DNA of 64,000 nucleotides from the human T2T-CHM13v2.0 reference genome, Homo sapiens. The stretch lies in assembly GCF_009914755.1 (NCBI RefSeq), contig NC_060926.1. One strand, 5' to 3'. Position numbers and translations under genes: made by a program. The notes under the pieces were generated by a model. It saw only the letters and a program-made list of their open reading frames with translations. It was not told where the DNA came from and searched no databases. Shown in pieces: positions 13,062 to 29,466 of the stretch (its first letter is position 1; each line of letters opens with the position of its first letter).

Positions 13062-14809
13062 GTGAGTGGCCACAACTGCTCCCATCTAGCCTTTTCCCTT
13101 TACAAGGTCCTTTTTGTTTCTAAGTTACCCAGTGACTTTTGGTTTGTTTGGTTAATAGTCAAGCAGAAAATGAAACCCACAAAGTGAAAGATAGATGAGT
13201 AGCTCTTTAGATATCAAAGTGGCTTTAGATCAGGAAGATTGAGTTTGACAGGGCAGAAGATGTCCCTAAAAGTAGGAAAATGCCTCTTTTATCAATATCA
13301 TAGGAAAAAAAAAGGTGTTTCAAGAAAAATATGGCCGGAGGAGATAAATTGTCTAAGAGATGCCATCCAAAAGACAAAGCTGTCTCATGGTAAAAGTACT
13401 TCCATTTTACCTGTCCCTCCTCCCTTCAAAGCAACCAGGAAAACAGGAACAGGCTACACCCAGAAGAGGAACAGAGTACACCACTGAGAGCAAAGAAGAG
13501 TCATTCCAGTCTGTGCTTAGGGCATGACAAGACCAAAACCTGGGCATGCAGAGGCCAGTTCACAGGAACAGCAGGCAAAAGTCAAATGCAGATTGAGGGC
13601 ATGGACAGAGTCCTGGGGGGATGTCCAGGTGTCCACAGGTACAGGCCACCATCAGTCTTGGAGGCAAGGGCTGGAGAGTGCTGAGGAGCTCTAGTCGGTT
13701 ACCAGGTGCCAAGGCATATGATGCCAAGAGGTAAGAGATGGACAGGGGCCAAGATGACTGAGGAAGCCAGGACCAGTACCTGGTGGAGGAAGTCGCAGGA
13801 AGACATGAGAATATTCAGGGGGAAGCTAGTTGATACTTGCACAAGGCATCTTAGAGGCCAAGGCTGCTTTGCAGGACCAAGGTCTTGCCTTCCTGGCTGC
13901 ACTGTGAGCTGCCTTAAAAGTGCTGCTCAGTATATAATGGAGAGAATCTGTTGCCATCAGGAGATTTCCATGTACTGTCTATAGGCTCCACGGGACTGGG
14001 GGATCTGATTTATTTCATGTTAGGACCCTGAATGTCCATCTTAGTGATTAATGGAATGGGCAAGGAGGGAAGAACCAGAGAAGAGCCCATATTTACATTT
14101 ATAAAGAGGGACTCTGGGCTGGGATAGCTGAAAGGAGGTATAGGTATGGATTTTGAGTTTCACAGGGGGAAGTGGGACATTCGAATGGAAAAATTACCTT
14201 CATATCAGGTTTTAAGAGAACAGTGTCCTAAGAAATATATGGCAAGAATTTATAAAGAATTCATGGACTATTATAGTATTTTTTTATGACAGGGTGACCA
14301 GCTGGCTAGATTAAAAGAAAGGCATGGGGCAGAGCCAGCCTTATGCCGGGAAGGCTCGGGCAGTTGCCTACGGACAGTTTGCCCGCTGCTGCTTTCTCGT
14401 TGGTTTTGCCAAATATTCCTATGTTCCTGGCTCTTTGATTGCAGGTGCTGGAATGTGGCTGTTAAGACAAGAAGAGTAACTTGGGAGGAAATTTCTTTAT
14501 TTTGTTGATTTCTTCCATAATTCTATATTGTTATCAGTTATTTCTTGAATTAGTTGATTGGGCAAACCCTAATCTAGAATGGGGCTCTTGGAAAGCCAAG
14601 GATGAAGGCTAACAGTAGATAAAGTTGGGACTGGACTGGAGCCACGTCTCAGTGAAGCAGCCCAGTAGGAGACCTGGGATGGTCAAAAATTGTGTGTGGG
14701 TAATGAGTGTCTGGATGTATTTTGAAGACAATAGGGACAAGGATTGAACTTATGTGTTTTCCTTTGCCTTCCTTTGTCTGGCCTTTGATAGGTACAATTT
14801 AGCCTTAGC

Positions 14810-14942
14810 TAGCTCGGTTGGTGCACATTTGGATCTCCCAGGGAACTGTTAAAACTGCATGCCAGGCCAATTTAATCAGAGCCTCTGGATTTTTACAGCT
14901 CCCAAGTGATTCTGATGTGCAGCCAAAGCTGAGAACCACTGA
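14810..14942. mobile_element. MER5-type hAT MITE fragment
   Basis: Ends CTCCCAAGTGATTCTGATGTGCAGCCAAAGCTGAGAACCACTG, typical of a MER5A terminus. Confidence 0.65.
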
Positions 14943-16666
14943 GCCAGCCTTTTTCTTAAAAGCTAATTTATTCTATTATCAGTATACAAGTTAAATAGTC
15001 TTTCTTAGAAGCTTCCTTTTTATGTGAAGAAAACAGAAATCTACGTGCATTCAGGAATTTTGTTCTTTTACAATATTCTTTCCTCTGAATTTTTTTTCAG
15101 AGGTTGGGGAGCAAAAACCTCTTCGATTTGAATTGACACTTCCCCTTAATGTTTCTAATCTCTTAGCTCAGTGGTTAGTAACCATAGTTTACATCAAAAT
15201 CACCCAAGGGATTTTCAGAATTTTAAAAACTTTTTCTTAAAATTCCAAAAGTAAGCCTCCCTTGTGTTTACTGCTGGGAGTTAGCCAGGATTAACTTCAT
15301 AGAAGGCTTGTTATAATGGGAAGCCTCACAGATGGGAAGTAGCTGTGGCTAACTGGAGGCCATTATCCCTGCCCCATTATTTTCTCATCCCAGGATAAAT
15401 AATCCTACTTGGCAGCAAGTTTGAGGATGAATGATCTTAGATTATATTCAGTATAATCCCTTTTTACATAATTGTTTCTGTTATGACAATGAATAAAGCA
15501 TCTGCTTGTTTAATTCTCAACCACATTTAGATTCCTTGAGGGAGAGGAACAATGTGTTATATATGCTTCTCTTGTATCTGCTGCAGAGTTCAGCATCCTT
15601 CTTGATTTATCATAGGCAATGAACACTTGGGGAGCTAATTAAGTCAAATATAAGTAGATGGCTTTGACAGTTCAGTAACAATTCTTGGAAACCTGAGGCA
15701 TACATGCATTTCTTAATACTCCTTAGAAAATGCTCATTAAGTGAAAGATGACCAGAAATGTACCTGCTAACTTCCAACTCTTCAACACGTCACATTGTGA
15801 TGTCAGTGAGGGCTTAAAGGGAATATGGTGGTTGGCTGATTTCACATCCTCCTGTTACCTTCCTCTTCCATTGGCTCATAATAAGTTGGTGATTGTCCAG
15901 CAATTGCATAATACAGCATGACATGTGTGTCTGTCAGTGAAGAGGAAATGGTATGGGGTGGCAACTTTAGTGTCGTTATTCTGAAGGGCAACATTAGTTA
16001 AGGCAAAGAGCAGCAATGTATACTTTTGGAAGTCTATGCTTTGCAAAAGCCATTTTGGACATGATATAGCAGGTAGGAATATTTTCTGTCCTTGCATATG
16101 ACTCTGCAGGGGTTCCAGCTCCATCCTTCAGGAAGTAGAAAGTTCTTTGGAAGTGAGTTCCTTCACCAAATGTTTTGCCAAAAAACTTAGGCCCATTTCT
16201 GAAAGCTTCCTTGAAGCACCTCTGGATTTATGAAGGAGGCACTGTTTGCTAAGACCACACATGTTTTATTGCTTTCAGCACAAGTAAAATGAAAAATGTT
16301 GGAAAATTTGTATACATGCTTGCCAATATGTGGTGCTTTAGAAATTACAAATAATATTTCTTGTATTGGCAAGATAGAAACTCCGTATCTTTTAATATAA
16401 TACTATTTTTGGCTTCTGGAGTTAAGTCATTTGAATTTCCTGTGGGAAATCATAGAGTCAGGTTTACCATGACAGTTTAAAATCTGCTACACACTAATGG
16501 AAATAACTTGGTAACTCACAGCAAGTACAAACAGATATGAAGCAGCTGCTATATGCCAGGCACTGTGGCCCTGGGAAACAAAGATAAGCAAGACACAAAT
16601 CCTGCCCTTAAAACTCAGTCTAGACAATGTCAGTGTTTAATTCTGTTGGGAAAGGCCAAGTCGTCA

Positions 16667-16800
16667 CCTTCTTTCTTCTTCTTCTTTCTTTCTTCCTTCC
16701 TCTTTCCTTCCTCCTACCTTCCTCCCCCTTTTCTCCTCCTCCTCCTTCTTCTTCTTCTTCTTTCTCCTCCTCCTCCTCTTCCGCCTCTTCTTCTTCCTTC
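16667..16800. repeat. (CTT/CCT)n polypyrimidine low-complexity tract
   Basis: About 130 bp of almost pure C/T. Confidence 0.9.
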
Positions 16801-17731
16801 ATCATGTCTGTTACAGCAACAGGCATTTCCATTCCTACTGCAGCTACCTAAGGTTTAGTTCCTAATGATTTTATGCCTGGATTATTGTGATCCTTCCCTA
16901 ATGAATTCTTTTTTACTTACCATCTTTTCCTGGGCTTTCCTTTAATCTAGCCAGCTGGTCCATCCTGCACTTTGTCACCATATTAATCTTCTTAAAATGT
17001 AATTGTAATTCTTTCACTTCCTACTCAAAAGCCATCAACAACAAACCCTGCCTTTTATTTCCACTAAATCTCTGTCCACTTTTCCCACCTTGCCTCTGCT
17101 ACTCTTCATGAACCCTACATTCTAGCCAGACTGGTCTTATTCATCAACACCTGAGTATGTCTCTTGCATTCCCACTTCTGCTCTTGTGTTGTCAGTTGTC
17201 CTCCTACCCACCTTTGTCTTGCCCATCTAAATCCTGTGTCCCACATGGATAAGTGCAGGTCTTTATGAGGCTTTCTTTGATATCCAAAGCCCACAATTAC
17301 ATATTCCCTACTTAATGCCTTTGGAATCCATTATCTATACCAATTATTTGATTTGGGCATTTGCTACTTTATATTTCAACATAGGTCATAAACTCTTTAA
17401 AGATCAGGGCATCTTAAACCTCTTTATTCCCCCTACATTACCTAACACAGCACATTGTACCTAGTACTGCCTTATATCATACTAAAACTGGAAGACAATA
17501 ATTAGAAATAATTTAATCCACCTCTTCGATCTAATAACATCCATATTATTTATTGGCTGTAGCACTATCTCCCTGACAAAGACCTAGGCCGGGATATTGT
17601 TATCCTGGAGTTAGTATTTCATTTTCTCTTTCTTTTCTCAATTCAGCAAATAATTATTCTGTAGGTATTGTTTGTACAGAGTGATGCTGGGAATTCACCA
17701 TCCCTTCTTTTAATGTTGATCCTGGATACAG

Positions 17732-17815
17732 GGGCATAGAAGGAAAAACTGGAAAGTGAGGAAGTTCATCTTGAGAGAAGACCCTGCCTACCTGCACTAC
17801 TATGACCCTGCTGGG
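17732..17815 (+). CDS. PLEK: Pleckstrin exon 7 (C-terminal PH domain)
   Basis: gatacag|GGG acceptor, GGG|gtaagg donor; 84 nt, GHRRKNWKVRKFILREDPAYLHYYDPAG. Confidence 0.97.
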
Positions 17816-18676
17816 GTAAGGTCCTGTGGTTCATAAATCCATTCAAATAAATAAATCCACTGCATTTATAATCTGGGCTTCCTATTCCCCTCTCTACTCT
17901 GTTGATATCCCCTTTTTCTCTTTACTGGCCCACTTTTTTTTCTCCCATTCTCCTCTACCTTTTTCTATCCCCTTTCAATGCAAAGATCTGAGATCTTGGG
18001 CCTCTGAGGTCAGTATAAGCTTAGGGATGGAACAAAATATCACTATATTATAATTTATTTGGTCAACTCAACATATTTTTCCCCAATCTGATATTTTCAG
18101 GGGAATTAAATCAGTCCATGGTTTAATATGCATAAAGGTGATAATTCCTCATCCAGGTCAACTTGGATGAGGGTATTGTTTAAGTCCAGCAATTTGGGCT
18201 GTTGATTGTCGAAGAGGACTTTTTCCACCATAAAATGAACCACTTTTAAAGCATGAAGACAACTCTGGGTAGGGTGCTCACCCTCCGCTTGCAGCACTGG
18301 GCTATTTGACTTCCCCTGGGTGGTTATATTGCTGCATCAGGTGCATGGGACCAAAGAGCTCTGGAAACATGTAGCTCTTTTTTAGTGGGATACAGTGACC
18401 TCAGTGTCTCCACCTCTCCTGTCACTTTTCTCCAGATTGAAGTCCAGATCGTCTTGCATTTTCTCATTGAGCCTCCTGGCCCCACTGAAGCAGGGTGTGG
18501 AGGATCTGGAAGGACCTTAGATCTGTCAGCAGTTTTTCTTTAATCTCCTTCTGCTCTTACTTATTTTGGGGGGCCCTGATCTATATTAGAGTGAGTCTGG
18601 CTTTTTCACCAAGAGGATGAGGTCTATCTATACTCTGCATTTTGGAAACATAATGAACAACTCCTTTCTTCTTTAG

Positions 18677-18746
18677 GCAGAAGATCCCCTGGGAGCAATT
18701 CACTTGAGAGGCTGTGTGGTGACTTCAGTGGAGAGCAACTCAAATG
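18677..18746 (+). CDS. PLEK: Pleckstrin exon 8
   Basis: tctttag|GCA acceptor, G|gtaaga donor; 70 nt, AEDPLGAIHLRGCVVTSVESNSN. Confidence 0.97.
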
Positions 18747-18859
18747 GTAAGATGAATTTCTGTGTGAGAGAGGTGGGTCTGCTCAGACTCCCCTCCCACA
18801 CCTGGACATCCTGGGCCAACATTAATCAATCAATCAATTAATCAGGATAAGCAGGAATG

Positions 18860-19112
18860 GGGCAGGCATGGTGGCTCCCACCTGTAATCCCGGCACTTTG
18901 GGAGGCCGAGGAGGGCAGATCACTTGTGATCAGGATTTCGAGACCAGCCTGGCTAACGTGGTGAAACCCCATCTCTACTAAAAATACAAAAATTAGCTGG
19001 GCATGGTGGCACATGCCTGTGAATTGTTTGAGCTTGGCAAGTTGCAATGAGCTGAGATTGTGCTACTGCACTCCAGCCTGGGTGACAGAGCAATACTCTG
19101 TCTCAAAAAAAA
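18860..19112 (+). mobile_element. Alu (AluS-type) with right-arm deletions, PLEK intron 8
   Basis: TSD AAGCAGGAATG at 18849-18859 and 19113-19123. Confidence 0.93.
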
Positions 19113-20249
19113 AAGCAGGAATGAATTTACTGTCTGAAAACCTTGGAGAAACCAGAGTTATTTTTTGTCTCCCAACTGCTGTCCAGGCTCTCCAGGCCTT
19201 GGGGAGTTGGATGGCTTTGTGGATGCCTCAAGCAAGTCCCTGAGCAATGCTGGGAAAACTCTATCACTTCACAATGGCTGAGAAGAAGAGCAGTGAGGGG
19301 GTTGCACTAGAGGACCCCAGACCACAAGGCTATGATTTGGTGCATGGAATAACCACGTGGGTGTAGTTTGACTTCTCAGGTGCTGAGGACAAATTGTATC
19401 TCTGGGGTGATGTGGTTTTGACATCCCAAACCCTGGTTTTGTCCTGACATTTTGGTTTGTAGTATGATAAAGGCTGACAGGAAAACATCATAACTGCAAA
19501 TGCCTAGAGTTTTACTGTGCCTGAATTTGCCCACCTCCACTCCCACCACCTAGAATTATACTTTGGTTTTAGGGCAGGGAGCATGCTGGTTCTTTATTTG
19601 ATTTGTGATGTTTTAAATCTTGTCACAGTATTGGCCAGGTTATTGCCTTTTAGTCTTCAGCAGAACTCTGACTTAGTGCTTGATGAAAAACAGTTCAGGC
19701 TATAACTTGTGGTACTGTTGGTAGGTCTGGCTTTGTGTATGTATATAAACATATATATATATACACACACACATCTGTATTATAAATATAAATATATAAA
19801 TATATATTATAAATACAAATCTATATTAACAGAAAGACAGATAGATAGGTAGATATCAGGAGCAACCCTTGATTTATATTATGAGCAGAGGGAAGGTACC
19901 CATTAGAAACTATTAGAGGTTACTCATTAAACGCTGTTGCTATACAAAGGTGAGAAATTTAGTTTGCCTGTAAACTATGAAAGAAAATGTTTCTCCTTAA
20001 GTGTTTTACCTATTTCTTAAAAATATATATATACACACAGTCATACTATGTATCTACTCTATCAATACTATGTATATAACTGTGCAATGAATTATCCTAT
20101 AATCATACCTTGTTTGTATGTTTGAAAGCCACATAGTCAATTTCCTTAGAACACGAAGAAAACAGAGATTTCATGGCTTGCAGAGGAGGGTGGAGCAAGT
20201 GGTCTTTCTGATGCCTGTGCGTGCTGCCATTTGCCTTCTCTTTCCCCAG

Positions 20250-20386
20250 GCAGGAAGAGTGAGGAAGAGAACCTTTTTGAGATCATCACAGCAGATGAAG
20301 TGCACTATTTCTTGCAAGCAGCCACCCCCAAGGAGCGCACAGAGTGGATCAGAGCCATCCAGATGGCCTCCCGAACTGGGAAGTAA
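20250..20386 (+). CDS. PLEK: Pleckstrin exon 9, coding part to TAA stop
   Basis: tccccag|GC acceptor; GRKSEEENLFEIITADEVHYFLQAATPKERTEWIRAIQMASRTGK*; exon lengths sum to the expected 350-aa frame if exon 1 supplies 42 coding nt. Confidence 0.98.
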
Positions 20387-22022
20387 AGAGACTCCTGCAT
20401 TCCTCCTCCCCTCCTGAGGGAAGCCCATGGACAAGCTCAGTCCAGGACCTGTCCACTTCTGTGACAAATCAACGGGAAACAGCCCAGGGGTGGGAAGTTT
20501 TCATTTGCAGGGGGGTCTGAATGTAACTCACCATGTGGTGTGCAAGGTTCCCCTGCATTGTATTGCTCACTGCAGCCCCTCTGCCCCTATCCATGACCCC
20601 CAAGCAGATATAACAAGCTGTGCAGCCTCAGTAGGCTGCTTGCCCTCTCCAGGCCTCAGGGCCTCTTCTGGAAAATGAAGAAATTCAACTAGTAGATTCC
20701 TGAGGTCCCCCTAGCTTAAAAAAAAAAAAAATCTGCCCCATGATTCTAACACTCGCAGTAGTGATAGTGTATCTAGTTGTTCTGCTGGTGTCCTTCCTTG
20801 GCTAAGTCTTGGCCTTCAGTTATCTTCAAATGTACCAGAACCTGAGCCAACGCCTCCCTGTGAAACTGTTGCTGATCTGTAGTACAGTACCAGGAAGAAA
20901 CCTCTTTTGTTCTCTTTAGACATCTTCTACTTGCTCTTGGCCTTGAGATCGTGTAACAAAATGAAGGAGGGCTCTCTTCTTTCTTCCTCATCCTACTCAA
21001 AAACTTCCCGAGAGCAGTGGTGGTTTTGAGGGTTTTGACTTCTATTACTTTTGGCAGCCTGGAAAGTTGTGTCTTCTGGGAAAGAGACCTGGGGAGGCCA
21101 GGAGTAGCTGAGGGTCCTTTCTGTGCCCTTAAACCGCCCAGAGGAGCCCTATTCCACTCTGGTTTTAGGCTGATCTGAGAGGGTCTCCCTTTGTTCCTTT
21201 CTGGAGCATTTCTCTAACGTTTATTACAATTAGGAGGGGGACCCCACATCTGTGAGATTCTGTTTCATTTGAGGTTTACAGAAAAAAAAAAGTGGCCAGA
21301 TGTGTTCCCCCCATGGGTGAGAGGCCTGGGCAACTGCCTGGTGAATGTGTCTTGCGGCAGCTGCAGCAAGTGGAGGGGCTGAACTACTGGCCAGCTCACT
21401 GGATGATGGGTTAATACAACAACTGCACTGTAAGGACTCAGAGCCACACAGAACTTCTGAGAGGGGCTGTTAGCATTGCGCAGCATCTTCAGTTCTCCAG
21501 TAAATGATATTGCGTTCGTGCCTCAGCTTTAAGCACAAGTAGCAGCAGCTCCTGCTTGAGTTCTGAGGGCATCATGGCCCTATGATTAACCAGAGTGATC
21601 TAACCTAGACTAAAATTGGGAACTTATTTGCAATTTTTGACCCTGACCACTAACTAGTGATTCTTCTCCAAAATTGAGAAAGACAGCACCCATTGAAGCA
21701 GATATGTGTGTGAAAGTATATTTTTCAATTCCAGATTTTTAATTTTAAGGCTCCAGGAAAGAAAGGAGAGTAGAACATTTTTCCTCATTTTATCAAATCC
21801 TCTCTTGCCCTCCCTCAATTCCCCTGTAACATTCCTGAAGCTGTTCCCACTCCCAGATGGTTTTATCAATAGCCTAGAGGTAAAGAACTGTCTTTTTCTC
21901 TGATTCTTTAATAAATTATCTTTATAGAATATGCACAAGTTTTTCTACACTCAGTGTTAAAGTATTTATTAATGGGAAGTCAACTTAATGTTTTGAAATA
22001 AATATATGACTCTGTTTAATGC
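20387..22022 (+). other. PLEK: PLEK 3'UTR (end approximate)
   Basis: Unique sequence from the stop codon to the AATAAA at 21997 plus downstream U/GU-rich element. Confidence 0.8.
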
Positions 22023-22050
22023 ATTTTTGGTGTGATGACTCTGTTTTGCC
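21997..22050 (+). terminator. PLEK polyadenylation signal AATAAA (21997-22002) with downstream GU/U-rich element; second AATAAA at 21910-21915
   Basis: AATAAA, then CA about 20 nt downstream, then TTTTTGGTGTG. Confidence 0.8.
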
Positions 22051-22073
22051 TCCTATTGATAACTCTCCCCTCT

Positions 22074-22221
22074 GGCCGGGCACGGTGGCTCATGCCTGTA
22101 ATCCCAATATTTGAGAGGCCAAGGCGGGTGGATCACTTGAGGTCAGGAGTTCGAGATCAGCCTGGCCAACATGGTGAAACACTGTCTCTACTAAAAAAAA
22201 ACAAAACAAACAAACAAACAA
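22074..22221 (+). mobile_element. Alu left arm only, with A-rich tail and TSD
   Basis: GGCCGGGCACGGTGGCTC...TCTCTACTAAAA; flanked by ATAACTCTCC at 22059-22068 and 22222-22231. Confidence 0.9.
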
Positions 22222-22300
22222 ATAACTCTCCTTTCTTACAACTCAGTTTTATTTACTAAGGGTAACACTATCTTTTATTTTTCATCATCTCAATAGCTTT

Positions 22301-28588
<6,288 letters not shown>

Positions 28589-28780
28589 GCTTTTTAAAAC
28601 AAAATCTATTCTAAGGGATAATAAAAATATAGGAAAAGCATATCTTTACTTTCTTAAGAAAGTAGGCTTAAGAAATAGGAAGATTTATGGACAGTCTTCA
28701 TCACTGATTTTTAATTTACAAGATCTTGATTACAACGATTAGGCAAAAAAAAATCCAATAAAGATATAAAAACTACTTAC

Positions 28781-28995
28781 ATTAGGGGAAAAGAAGTTTC
28801 CTACTGAACGGCTGCCATGTATGTTTGAGCAGAATGTACACCACTGTGTAAGTCCAGAGGGCACTATTCACATTGTAACCTAGGTAACTGTTGTCCCTTG
28901 GGGCTTGCATTACACAGTTTGCATATCTGTACACAGTAGCCTGACAAGTAATCAAAGAATCATTAAGGCTTCCTAACATGGGCAATTGATTCTTC
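28781..28995 (-). pseudogene. Candidate decayed Cys-rich exon between the two L1s
   Basis: ctttcattctaccag acceptor, AAT|GTAAGT donor; frameshifted C-x-x-C / G-x-x-C-x-x-C pattern. Confidence 0.3.
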
Positions 28996-29466
28996 CTGGT
29001 AGAATGAAAGTGTCACTTGTCAAAGTGGATATTTAAAGGATAGGTATAGATGTTTTTGTCTGAGCCTCTTTGGCTGAGAAATCAAGCTTAGGCCCTCCCA
29101 TACATAGTACTAGGATAATCCACATGGGTCTGAACCCCAGAGTGACAGACTTTATCCCCAGTGATGTGAAGGAAGCCGTATACAAACTGTCAAATGCATT
29201 AGAAGAAGACTTAAAGCTGAAAAGAAAGGATGGTTAGCATTTACTCAGGATTCCAGTTTAAAGCAGGGGAAAAACAAATTATAAAATAATCAATTGTGGA
29301 GGTATTAAGAAAGTTTATGTAAAAGAGGAAAATGTCTTTTGCATCATGTGACTGATAATAAGTCAGAAAAATAAAGATTTCAATCTGAAAAATTTAACAA
29401 GCTTTGGGAAAAATAGAAGTAGGAATGTAAGGTGAGAATCTTACAGATGGCTGAAAATATAGTACT

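Noticed and set aside
16553-16858. Poly-Leu, poly-Ser and poly-Glu ORFs
   Set aside because: Translations of a (CTT/CCT)n low-complexity tract
29108-29236. Plus-strand peptide MGLNPRVTDFIPSDVKEAVYKLSNALEEDLKLKRKDG in the spacer
   Set aside because: Short, weak splice signals, no recognisable homology; compatible with chance
28589-29466. Spacer already inverted by L1-L1 recombination in this haplotype
   Set aside because: L1-B's 14-bp TSD pairs correctly and each element's 5' and 3' diagnostics are concordant
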